Assembly (NCBI GenBank): GCA_963738705.1
Contig: CAVTXS010000032.1
Location: 58,340-122,339, forward strand
DNA from: an uncultured Alphaproteobacteria bacterium
Lineage (GTDB): Bacteria > Pseudomonadota > Alphaproteobacteria > Rhizobiales > Xanthobacteraceae
Direction of reading: 5' to 3'
DNA: 64,000 bases
In this document: positions 43,377-51,996 of the stretch, piece after piece
How positions within the stretch are numbered: position 1 is the first letter of the stretch
Layout of the letters: each line of letters begins with the position of its first letter
The notes under the pieces: model-generated
Database searches by the model: none
Seen by the model: the letters and a program-made list of their open reading frames with translations, nothing else
What the model was told of the DNA's origin: nothing
Made by a program: the position numbers and the translations under genes

Positions 43377-44573
43377 TCAAATCGCCTTGGCTTTGCGCAA
43401 GCCGGCGATTTCGTCCCGGCTGAAGCCGAACTCGTGGAGCACCTCATCGGTGTGCTCGCCGATGTCGGGCGGCGGCGCCGCGATGCGGCTCGGCGTACGC
43501 GACAGGCTGACCGGCTGGCCGACCACGCGCAGCTCCTTGCCGTCGCGGGTCTTGACCGGCTTGGCGATGCCGAGATGCTTGACCTGCGGGTCGTCGAACA
43601 CCTGATCGATCGAATAGATCGGGCCGCACGGCACGCCGGCGGCGTTGAGCATGTCCACCCATTCGGCGCTGATGCGCAAGACGGTCTGGCGCTCGATCGC
43701 GGCATTGAGGGCATCGCGATTTTTTGAGCGCAGCGGCCCGGTCGTGTAGTCCGGATGCTTCGCGGTTTCGGGAATCCCAAGCGTCTGGCACAGCTTCTCC
43801 CACATCCTTCCGCCGGTCGAGGCGATGTTGATGTGCCCGTCCGCGGTCTTGAACACGCCGGTCGGAATGCTGGTCGGGTGATTGTTGCCGGCCTGCGGCG
43901 GCACCTCGCCCTTGATCAGCCAGCGCGCGGCCTGGAAATCCAGCATGAAGATCTGCGCCTGCAGCAGCGAGGTCTGGATCCACTGCCCTTCGCCGGATTG
44001 TTCGCGCTCGAGCAGCGCGGTCAGGATGCCGATCGCGGCGAACAGGCCGGCGGTGAGGTCGGCGACCGGAATGCCGACGCGCACCGGCCCCTGGCCCGGC
44101 AGGCCGGTGATCGACATCAGTCCGCCCATGCCTTGCGCGATCTGGTCGAAGCCCGGCCGCGTGCGGTAGGGCCCGTCCTGGCCGAAGCCGGAGATGCTGG
44201 CATAGACCAGGCGTGGATTGATCTTGCGCAGCGTCGCATAGTCGACGCCCAGGCGTTCCTTCACGTCCGGCCGGTAGTTCTCGACCACCACGTCCGCCTT
44301 CGCCACCATGCGGTGGAATGCCGCCACACCGTCGGGACTCTTGAGATTGAGGCCCATGCTGCGCTTGTTGCGGTGCAGGTTCTGGAAGTCGGGGCCGTCG
44401 CGCGCACCGCCAAGCGGCTCGCCGGTCTCGAGCCCCTCCGGCATCTCGACCTTGACGACGTCGGCGCCCCAGTCGGCGAGCTGGCGCACGCAGGTCGGGC
44501 CGGCGCGCACGCGGGTGAGATCGAGCACGGTGAAACGCGCGAGCGCCTCGGAAGCGCGGGGAAACGGCGACAT
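43377..44573 (-). CDS. family III (CaiB/BaiF) CoA-transferase
   Basis: Start MSPFPRASEALARFTVLDLTRVRAGPTCVRQLADWGADVVKVE at 44573. The upstream part of track ORF 43377..44945 is not coding. Confidence 0.85.
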   Translation of the reverse strand: MSPFPRASEALARFTVLDLTRVRAGPTCVRQLADWGADVVKVEMPEGLETGEPLGGARDGPDFQNLHRNKRSMGLNLKSPDGVAAFHRMVAKADVVVENYRPDVKERLGVDYATLRKINPRLVYASISGFGQDGPYRTRPGFDQIAQGMGGLMSITGLPGQGPVRVGIPVADLTAGLFAAIGILTALLEREQSGEGQWIQTSLLQAQIFMLDFQAARWLIKGEVPPQAGNNHPTSIPTGVFKTADGHINIASTGGRMWEKLCQTLGIPETAKHPDYTTGPLRSKNRDALNAAIERQTVLRISAEWVDMLNAAGVPCGPIYSIDQVFDDPQVKHLGIAKPVKTRDGKELRVVGQPVSLSRTPSRIAAPPPDIGEHTDEVLHEFGFSRDEIAGLRKAKAI

Positions 44574-44730
44574 GTCGCCTCCATGCTGGCGTTGGTCTTG
44601 CTCAGGCGAGGCGCCGGAGGGAGGAGACCATCGGCAATCCGCCGGCCATTGTCCAGACGACCTTGTCGCGACCCTCGTTTCGGCGATTGCAGTTGAAGGC
44701 TGCCCATTGTTCGAGACAATGAGCCGAGCC

Positions 44731-45525
44731 ATGAAATTCCTGAGGCATGCCGTCTGTGCCGCCGTCGCGCTGTCGGGCATCGATGCCGCGGCCGCGGCTT
44801 GCCCGCCGCGCAGCACGATCGCCGAATACGTTTTCGGCGGCGGCCTTTGCATGGCGGCGACGACATTCGGGACCGAAAGCGCCGGCGCCGCCCCGATCCT
44901 GATCGTCGTTGTGCACGGCGACATTTCGGACGGCGGCGCCGCCACCTACCACGCCGACTTCGCCAGGACGCTCGCGCGTCCAGGCGTAATCGCGGTCGCA
45001 CTGATCCGGCCCGGCTATACGGGCGGCGATGGCCGCAGGAGCCAGGGCAGCAACTACGGCCGCACCGACAGCTACACGGCCGCAACCGTTTCGGCGATCG
45101 GCGGCGCGATCGATGCTCTCCGGAGGCACTACCGCCCGCGCCGCGTGATCTATGTCGGGCATTCGGGAGGCGCTGCGATCGGCGGGGTGCTGATCGGCAA
45201 ACGGCCGAAACTCATCGATGCCGCCGTGCTGGTTTCCTGTCCCTGCGATATCGCGCGCTGGCTCGCGGAGCGGCGCCGACCTCAATGGACCCGCAGCCTA
45301 TCGCCGGCGCATCACCTTCACCGCGTGGCGATGTCCACGCAGGTTGTGGCCATCACCGGTGCGGCGGACGACAATACCCCGCCGCATCTGGCCCAGGACT
45401 ACGCCGCGCGCCTTGCCGGCCGCGGCGTGCGTGCGCGCTTCGAGGCGGTCGCCGGTGCCGGCCACGGCTTCTCGGGCGTGCGTGCCGCGACGCAAGCGAC
45501 GATCGAGGAAATCATCGGGCGATGA
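44731..45525 (+). CDS. secreted alpha/beta hydrolase
   Basis: Signal-like MKFLRHAVCAAVALSGIDAAAAA. GHSGG nucleophile elbow (VIYVGHSGGAAI). The start may instead be 44719. Confidence 0.65.
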   Translation: MKFLRHAVCAAVALSGIDAAAAACPPRSTIAEYVFGGGLCMAATTFGTESAGAAPILIVVVHGDISDGGAATYHADFARTLARPGVIAVALIRPGYTGGDGRRSQGSNYGRTDSYTAATVSAIGGAIDALRRHYRPRRVIYVGHSGGAAIGGVLIGKRPKLIDAAVLVSCPCDIARWLAERRRPQWTRSLSPAHHLHRVAMSTQVVAITGAADDNTPPHLAQDYAARLAGRGVRARFEAVAGAGHGFSGVRAATQATIEEIIGR

Positions 45526-45620
45526 CACGGCGCCGGGGTACGGCACGTCACTAGACCATGCTATCCCGTAGCGAGCGACCGCAGGTGCACCCTGCGCTCG
45601 GAGAGCTAAGACGAACCCCA

Positions 45621-45886
45621 ATGCCGACAATTGCCTATTTCCTCGGAATTTCCGTTCGAATGTTCTTCAACGACCACGATCGCCGCACTTCCACGCGCGC
45701 TACCAGGGCTTTCGCGCCCGCATTCGCATCGCGGATGGCGAAATGATCGATGGCCGCTTGCCGCCTACAGCGCGCAGGCTGCTCAAGGAGTGGGCGGCTT
45801 TGCGTCGAAATGCACTCATGCGAAACTGGCAGCTGGCGAGAACCGAAGGAGAGCTCGAAAAGATCGGGGGTCTCGATGATGATTGA
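45621..45886 (+). pseudogene. DUF4160-family protein, apparent -1 frameshift near 45686
   Basis: MPTIAYFLGISVRMFFNDHD is in one frame and PPHFHARYQGFRARIRIADGEMIDGRLPPTARRLLKEWA in another. Confidence 0.7.
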
Positions 45887-46148
45887 TGTGATCGGCATTC
45901 GCCGCCTCGGCGGTTATCGGCTCGAAATCGAATTCTCGGACGGCACAATCGGTGTGCGTGACTTTGCGTTCGTCCAGGCGAAAACCGGCCCGATGGCCGA
46001 GCCGTTGAAAGACCCAGCCTATTTCGCGCGCGTGTTCATCGAAGACGGGACGCTGACCTGGCCGAACGGCTACGATTGGGACCCGATCGCGCTGCACGAT
46101 GAGATGAAAGACGCCGGGCTGCTCCGACGAGCGGATGCGGCCGAATGA
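45876..46148 (+). CDS. DUF2442-family protein
   Basis: MMIDVIGIRRLGGYRLEIEFSDGTIGVRDF...GTLTWPNGYDWDP. The start overlaps the DUF4160 3' end. Confidence 0.7.
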   Translation: MMIDVIGIRRLGGYRLEIEFSDGTIGVRDFAFVQAKTGPMAEPLKDPAYFARVFIEDGTLTWPNGYDWDPIALHDEMKDAGLLRRADAAE

Positions 46149-46158
46149 ACGCGCCGCA

Positions 46159-46632
46159 TCACTCGATCACGATCTCGCCCACCATGCCGTGCTCCGCGTG
46201 CGTCTTGCCGTCGGCGGCCTTGATGCCGCACTGCAGGTCGGTGACGCGGCCGGCCGCGACCGGGACGAACCACCATTCGGCGGTTTGGCCCGGATAGACC
46301 TCGATCTCGCGGATCGCGCCCTTGAACTCGGCGAGCACCGCGGTCTTGCCTTCGCGTTGCTGCACCACCTGGACCTTGCGCGTGAAGATCAGCTGCGTGA
46401 AGGCGTGCGACGTGAAGTAATGCGGGTCGCTGCTCGGGTTGCGCAGCACCAGCTTGTAGAGCTTGCCGGTCTCGAACTTCAGCCGGCTCGGCTCGAACGC
46501 GTGCTTGCCGGGCTGGCCGAGATCGACCGTGACCTCGATCGGGTCCTGCCGCGACAAGTCGCCGGCGCCTAGCGCGGCACCGACCAGCACGATGCTGATT
46601 GCCGCCCCGAAAGCCACTCGCAGTGCAGTCAT
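46159..46632 (-). CDS. cupredoxin-like (type-1 copper) periplasmic protein
   Basis: Signal MTALRVAFGAAISIVLVGAALGA. Candidate Cu ligands are H..C(GIKAADGKT)H(AEHG)M. GGGAGGGG lies upstream of the ATG at 46632. Confidence 0.6.
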   Translation of the reverse strand: MTALRVAFGAAISIVLVGAALGAGDLSRQDPIEVTVDLGQPGKHAFEPSRLKFETGKLYKLVLRNPSSDPHYFTSHAFTQLIFTRKVQVVQQREGKTAVLAEFKGAIREIEVYPGQTAEWWFVPVAAGRVTDLQCGIKAADGKTHAEHGMVGEIVIE

Positions 46633-46783
46633 TGTTCCCCTCCCGGCAACCAAGCCTGCGAAATCTATTGCAATTGCGAATTACTTGCAATGGGCGGTTC
46701 GAAGCCCCTCCCCACGCTGCATCCCGCAAAGTATGGCCTCTTCTCTATAGTGGTCGCCCGTTTGGCACCTTCCAGGGCGCGAA

Positions 46784-47542
46784 ATGGATTACGACCGAAC
46801 CGACCTGCCGACGAACTACGACCGCGCGCGTGGTTTGTCGGACGCCGCCATGCGGCTGTGGCTCGATCGCCTGACCGCGTACGTGCCGCCGCCCGAGGTC
46901 GAAGACATCATCGATCTGGGCTGCGGCACCGGCCGCTTCAGCGCGGCGCTGGCCGAAGCCTTTTCGGCCCGCGTCACCGGGATCGACCCATCGGAGAAGA
47001 TGCTGGCCGAGGCGCGCACAAAGCTTGGCGGCAACGTCGCCTTTCGCCGCGGCGCCGGCGAGGCATTGGAGGCGGCCGACGGAGCGGTCGATCTGATCTT
47101 CCTGTCGATGGTGTTTCACCATTTGACTGATCCGGAACGCACGGCACGGGAGGCGTTGCGCGTGCTGCGGCCCGGCGGCTTCGTGGCGGCGCGCAACAGC
47201 TCGCGCGAGCACGCCGCCTCGTTTGCGCATGTCAAATTCTTCCCCCGCTTCGCGGTGCTGGCCGAAAGCCATTTGCCGAGCGTCGCCGCGATGCAAGCGA
47301 CGTTCGTCGACGCCGGCTTCGCGCCAGTCGCGCACGAATTTGTCGTCAGCCCGACTGCGGCGAATTGGCGCGAGTTCGCCGACAGGGTCGCCTTGCGGGG
47401 GGATTCGCTGATTGTCCGGCTCTCGGACGCCGAGTTCGCGACCGGGCTCGCGGCGCTGCGCGCCTACGCGGCGGAGGCCGACCCGGCGCAGCCGGTGACG
47501 GAGAACGTGGAGCTGCTCGTGTTCCGCAAGCCGCGGCCGTGA
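46784..47542 (+). CDS. class I SAM-dependent methyltransferase
   Basis: IIDLGCGTGRF motif I and DLIFLSMVFHHL. Confidence 0.8.
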   Translation: MDYDRTDLPTNYDRARGLSDAAMRLWLDRLTAYVPPPEVEDIIDLGCGTGRFSAALAEAFSARVTGIDPSEKMLAEARTKLGGNVAFRRGAGEALEAADGAVDLIFLSMVFHHLTDPERTAREALRVLRPGGFVAARNSSREHAASFAHVKFFPRFAVLAESHLPSVAAMQATFVDAGFAPVAHEFVVSPTAANWREFADRVALRGDSLIVRLSDAEFATGLAALRAYAAEADPAQPVTENVELLVFRKPRP

Positions 47543-47610
47543 GTTTCGCTCGTTCTTGCGCCCTGCGGTCGCCGCTCAAGAAAAGCTGAGGAAATTGCGT
47601 CTGATTGCAC

Positions 47611-48780
47611 TCACTGCTCCGTCAACTCCCGCATGATCCGGTAGAGCGCGTTCTGCGCCTCGAAGCCGATTCCGGGGCGATCCGGCAGTCTCAGATAGCC
47701 GTCCTGCAGCCGCGCATCGTCGGCGAAGCCGCCGAACGCGCCGAACACGCCGGGATAGGATTCGGCGCCGCCGAGCCCGAACCCGCTGGCGATGTGCAGC
47801 GACATCTGATTGCCGCCGTGCGGGAACAGCGACGCGCGCTGCCAGCCGCGGCGTTCCAGCAGCGCCACCGTGCGGGCGAATTGCACGATGCCGTAGGCCT
47901 GCGGCGGATCGATCTGGATGATGTCGCGGTCGGCGCGCAGGCCGCCGAAGGTGACGAGGTTCTCGACGTCCTGCGTCGAGAACAGGTTCTCGCCGGTCGC
48001 CAGCGGCGGCGCGTAGGCGCCCGCGATCTCCTCAAGCGTCGCGAAATCGATCGGATCGCACGGCTCCTCGAACCAGCGCAGTTTCAGTGGCGCCAGTGCC
48101 GCCGCGTACGCCAGCGCCTCGCCGCGATCGAATTTCGCGTTGGCGTCGACCGCGAGGCGGCCGCCCGAACCGACGACATCGAGCACCGACTGCACGCGCC
48201 GCACGTCGTCGCCGAGCGGCAGCCCGCCGACCTTCATCTTCACCATGGTGTAGCCGGCATCGAGGTGCCGGCGCATCTCGTCCTGCACGTCCCGGAAGGT
48301 CTGCCCGGGCACGTACCAGCCGCCGCCCACGTAGCAGAAGACTTTGTCCGCGAGCTTGCCGCCGTTGTAGCGTTCGGCCAGCACGCGGTGCAGCGGTTTA
48401 TCGGCGATCTTGGCGACCGCGTCCCACACCGCCACCTCGATCGTGCCGATGCCGATCGAGCGCTCCGAGTGCCCGCCGGACTTCTCCCGCCGCATCATGC
48501 AGGCAAGGATTTTTTCCGGATCGAAATTGTCGCCGCGGGCATCGAGGAGCGATTCGGGCTCCGCCTGCAGGATGCGCGGGATGAAACGCGCGCGCATCTG
48601 CGCGCCGCAGGCATAGCGGCCGGTCGAGTTGAAGGCGAAGCCCGCGACCGGCTTGCCGTCGCGTACCACGTCGGTGATCACCGCTACCACCGAGGTCGTC
48701 ATCTCGGTGAAGTCGATGCTCGAATTGGCGAGCGCGGAGTTGAGCGGAACCGCGGTCTCGCGGATGTCGACGATGCGCAT
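47611..48780 (-). CDS. enolase-superfamily enzyme (mandelate racemase/muconate lactonizing family, D-tartrate dehydratase TarD-like)
   Basis: Start MRIVDIRETAVPLNSALANSSIDFTEMTTSVVAVITDVVRDG at 48780 with AGGAG upstream. Contains KMKVGG, LAVDAN, WFEEP. Confidence 0.85.
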   Translation of the reverse strand: MRIVDIRETAVPLNSALANSSIDFTEMTTSVVAVITDVVRDGKPVAGFAFNSTGRYACGAQMRARFIPRILQAEPESLLDARGDNFDPEKILACMMRREKSGGHSERSIGIGTIEVAVWDAVAKIADKPLHRVLAERYNGGKLADKVFCYVGGGWYVPGQTFRDVQDEMRRHLDAGYTMVKMKVGGLPLGDDVRRVQSVLDVVGSGGRLAVDANAKFDRGEALAYAAALAPLKLRWFEEPCDPIDFATLEEIAGAYAPPLATGENLFSTQDVENLVTFGGLRADRDIIQIDPPQAYGIVQFARTVALLERRGWQRASLFPHGGNQMSLHIASGFGLGGAESYPGVFGAFGGFADDARLQDGYLRLPDRPGIGFEAQNALYRIMRELTEQ

Positions 48781-48810
48781 AGCTCCTACCACTGGCATTG
48801 CAACAATGGC

Positions 48811-48917
48811 CGTCATCCTGAGGTGCCCGAGCGAAGCGAGGGCCTCGAAGGATGCTGCGAAGACTCCGTCGTGCGTCCTTCGAGGCTCGGCCTTCGGCCG
48901 AGCACCTCAGGATGACG
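48811..48917. repeat. REP-like nested palindrome, family C (cgtcatcctgaggtgc ... gcacctcaggatgacg)
   Basis: Perfect 16-bp outer inverted repeats plus the inner pair ggcctcgaagga/tccttcgaggc. Confidence 0.7.
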
Positions 48918-48926
48918 ATGTTGCGC

Positions 48927-49907
48927 TCACTGGATCTGCGGGATCTTGGCGTCGCGGATCACCTTCGCCCATTTCCTCAGCTCGACATCGATGCGCTGGG
49001 CGAACTCGTCCGGCCGGTTGGCGATCGGAAGGAAGCCGAGCGAGGTCAATTTCTCCTTGACGTCCGGCAGGGCGATGATCGCGGCGATCTCGCGATAAAG
49101 CAGGTCGACGATCTCCTTCGGCGTGCCGGCGGGCGCCAGGATGCTGGTCAGGGTGTCGGCCTCGTGGCCCTGCACACCGGCCTCCGCCATGGTCGGCACG
49201 TCGGGCAGCGACGGCACGCGCTTCTCGCTGGTGAGTGCCAGCGCGCGCAGCTTGCCGTCCTTGATGGCGGCGATTGCCGGCGGCAGCGCCGTGAACGCGA
49301 TCGGTGTGTGTCCGCCCATCGTTGACGTGATCGCAGGCGCGGCGCCGGTGAACGGCACGTGGACGAGATCGAGATTGAAGTGAAGCTTGAACAGCTCGCC
49401 GGACAGGTGCGGGGTCGAGCCGGTGCCCGGGCCGGCAAAGCTGTACTTCCCGGGATTGGCCCTTATGAGATCCACGAGCTCCTTCACGCTGTTGGCCGGT
49501 ACCGAAGGATGCACGGTAACGACGTTCGGCGACGCCGCCGCGAGCGTGATCGGAGCAAAATCCTTCTGCGGGTCATACGGGATCTTGGCGTAGAGGCTGG
49601 CGTTGACGACGAAGCCGGTGCTGGCGACCAGCAGCGTGTAGCCGTCGGGCGCCGCCCGCGCGGCCTGCCCGGTGCCGGTATTGCCGCCTGCGCCGGCAAT
49701 GTTCTCGACGTAGAACTGCTTGCCGAGCTTCTCCTGCAGGTGATGTGCGATCAGCCGGGCGGTCACATCGGTCGGGCCGCCGGCCGCAAACGGCACGACC
49801 ATGCGCACCGGTCGGTCGGGATATCCCTTGGCGGCTCCGCTCGGGGCCTGCGCATGACACAGCCCTGCCGACAGCAACACGGCAAGCAGCCCGACCCTTG
49901 TTTTCAT
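48927..49907 (-). CDS. Bug/TctC-family tripartite tricarboxylate transporter binding protein
   Basis: MKTRVGLLAVLLSAGLCHAQA signal. Contains YPDRPVRMVVPFAAGGPTD and GSTPHL. Confidence 0.88.
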   Translation of the reverse strand: MKTRVGLLAVLLSAGLCHAQAPSGAAKGYPDRPVRMVVPFAAGGPTDVTARLIAHHLQEKLGKQFYVENIAGAGGNTGTGQAARAAPDGYTLLVASTGFVVNASLYAKIPYDPQKDFAPITLAAASPNVVTVHPSVPANSVKELVDLIRANPGKYSFAGPGTGSTPHLSGELFKLHFNLDLVHVPFTGAAPAITSTMGGHTPIAFTALPPAIAAIKDGKLRALALTSEKRVPSLPDVPTMAEAGVQGHEADTLTSILAPAGTPKEIVDLLYREIAAIIALPDVKEKLTSLGFLPIANRPDEFAQRIDVELRKWAKVIRDAKIPQIQ

Positions 49908-50104
49908 CGTCTCCTCCGTGGTGACGGCTCGCATGTTGCATGCGCGCGCGCCCGACCGCAACGGCACGGTGGTTCCGCCCTGCGCCCGCCATTCGCGCCG
50001 ATTTGCTTGGCTTTTCTTTCGGGCTATTAGTTTTGCGTTCGCGGGGGGCTCGCGGCCGCCAGCCCCCCGCGCCCGCGCCTATCCAACCAAAAAGAGGAAA
50101 CGCC

Positions 50105-51076
50105 ATGGCCGCCCGCAAGCTCACCCGCGACGACCTCCGCCAGGCGGCCGACACGTACAAGAACTGGGGCAAGTGGGGGCCGAACGACGAGATCGGAACG
50201 CTGAACTATACCAGCGCCGAGGACATCGTCGCCGCGGCGCGGCTGGTGAAAAAGGGCAAGGTGCTCTCGCTCGCACTCAACTTCGACCACACCGGCCCGC
50301 AGGGCGCCAAGAGCAAATACCCCGCGCTCGGCCGCACCAACCCGATCCATACCATGCTGCGCACCGGCACCGACGCCTATGCGGGCGTGCTCGATCACCG
50401 CGGCATCCGCGCGGCCGACGATATGGTGGTGATGCCGCTGCAGTGCGGCACGCAGTGGGACGGGCTCGGCCATGTGTTCTACGAGAACCATATGTGGAAC
50501 GGCTACGACTGCCGCGAGGTGACGACCGCCGGCGCGCAGAAGTGCGGGATCGAGAAGACCAAGAACAAGATGGTGGGCCGCGGCGTGTTCCTCGACGTGG
50601 CGCGATTCAAGGGGGTAGAGTGGCTCGATGACGGTTATGGGATCACCTGCGACGATCTCGACAACACCGCGAAGGCTCAAGGGCTGACCATGCGGCGCGG
50701 CGACTACGTCGTCGTGCGCACCGGCCAGATGGAGGCGAAGCTCAAGGCCGGCAGCTGGGACGGCTATCCGGGCGGCGACGCGCCCGGCTTCGCGTTCGAG
50801 ACGCTCGAATGGGTCAAGCGCACCGAGCTCGCGGCGCTCGCGAGCGACACCTGGGGCTGCGAGGTGCGGCCGAACGAGACCGAGCCCGGCATCAACCAGC
50901 CCTGGCACTGGATCACCATCCCGATCATGGGCATGACCATGGGGGAGATCTTCTACGTCAAGGAGCTCGCCGAGGATTGCGCGCAGGACAAGGTCTACGA
51001 GTTCCTGTTCGTGGCGCCGGCGATCCCGATCACCGGCGCGGTCGGCTCGCCCACGAACCCGCTGGCGATCAAGTAG
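50105..51076 (+). CDS. cyclase-family protein (kynurenine formamidase-like fold)
   Basis: MAARKLTRDDL... with QCGTQWDGLGHV. AAGAGGAA lies upstream of the ATG at 50105. Confidence 0.8.
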   Translation: MAARKLTRDDLRQAADTYKNWGKWGPNDEIGTLNYTSAEDIVAAARLVKKGKVLSLALNFDHTGPQGAKSKYPALGRTNPIHTMLRTGTDAYAGVLDHRGIRAADDMVVMPLQCGTQWDGLGHVFYENHMWNGYDCREVTTAGAQKCGIEKTKNKMVGRGVFLDVARFKGVEWLDDGYGITCDDLDNTAKAQGLTMRRGDYVVVRTGQMEAKLKAGSWDGYPGGDAPGFAFETLEWVKRTELAALASDTWGCEVRPNETEPGINQPWHWITIPIMGMTMGEIFYVKELAEDCAQDKVYEFLFVAPAIPITGAVGSPTNPLAIK

Positions 51077-51082
51077 CGGTAC

Positions 51083-51195
51083 GTGCTTCGAGACGGCCGC
51101 TTCGCGGCCTCCTCAGCATGAGGATGTTTGTTGGCGCCAAGCATAAACCGCGCCTCATCCTGAGACGCGGTCCGGAGGACCGCGTCTCGAAGGAC
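51083..51195. repeat. REP-like palindrome, family C-related
   Basis: gtgcttcgagacg / cgtctcgaaggac outer inverted repeat (1 mismatch), with inner cctcagcatgagg and cctcatcctgag motifs. Confidence 0.6.
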
Positions 51196-51210
51196 GCACA
51201 ACGCCATGCG

Positions 51211-51804
51211 CTACGTGCGCTGCGGATCGAGTGGCGTGCCCCGATAGAGATCGACGACCCGACAGCGCAGGCCGAGCTCAGGCATGTCGATCCACTCGTC
51301 CATTTGTGCGAGGATCGCGGGCTGCCAGTTTCCGCGCTTCGCATAAACCTCCACCAGAAATTCGCGCGGCTCGATCACGACAGCATAGAGATTGTCCGGC
51401 GCCTCACGATAGCGGCGCAGCTTCAGCTCCATTTTCCGGCGCGTGTTCGAGGGCGACAGGACCTCCGCCGCTAAAAGATAGTCTTCGGAGTAGAGATCGT
51501 AATCGGAAATGCCGGGCACGACCGCCACGTCCGGCAAAACGTGGAAGTCTCTGACGCCGGGCGCGCGCGCACCCGTCCCGATATAGGCGAACAGATCGCG
51601 GCGCTGCGCCGCGAACGCGCTGTTGAGGAGCGCGGCAAAGTTCTGCGCAATTCGCTGGTGCGCACGGCTTGGCGGCGCCATCATCACGGCCACACCCTCG
51701 ACCAGCTCCCACCGTTCTTCGTCCGGCCGCGTTTCCAGGAAGGCCATGAACTCGTCCACGTCCATGGTTCCCGACAAGGGCGCCGTAGGTACGGTTACGC
51801 TCAT
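51211..51804 (-). CDS. Uma2-family (DUF820) restriction-endonuclease-fold protein
   Basis: Start MSVTVPTAP at 51804. Contains ERWELVEGVAVMMAPPSRAHQRI...PDVAVV...LAAEVLSPSN. Confidence 0.8.
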   Translation of the reverse strand: MSVTVPTAPLSGTMDVDEFMAFLETRPDEERWELVEGVAVMMAPPSRAHQRIAQNFAALLNSAFAAQRRDLFAYIGTGARAPGVRDFHVLPDVAVVPGISDYDLYSEDYLLAAEVLSPSNTRRKMELKLRRYREAPDNLYAVVIEPREFLVEVYAKRGNWQPAILAQMDEWIDMPELGLRCRVVDLYRGTPLDPQRT

Positions 51805-51996
51805 GATGTGCGTCTCCCTGCACCGGCATTTACATAGCATCGGTGGGCGCAGTATGCGATAGCCGGGACTGCTCCCATCGCCAAGCAAGTCTTCAGAGAA
51901 CGAATCCACTCACCCTTCGGGGGCCCGGGTTGGCAGCGCACACTTCGTGCTGCGCTGCCCCCCGGGACACGAACGCGGAGTGCATGGAGAAACAAG

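Noticed and set aside
44308-44730. The N-terminal 140 codons of track ORF 44308..45525.
   Set aside because: This part overlaps the CoA-transferase gene on the other strand and has shadow-ORF composition. The hydrolase most plausibly starts at the signal peptide (44719 or 44731).
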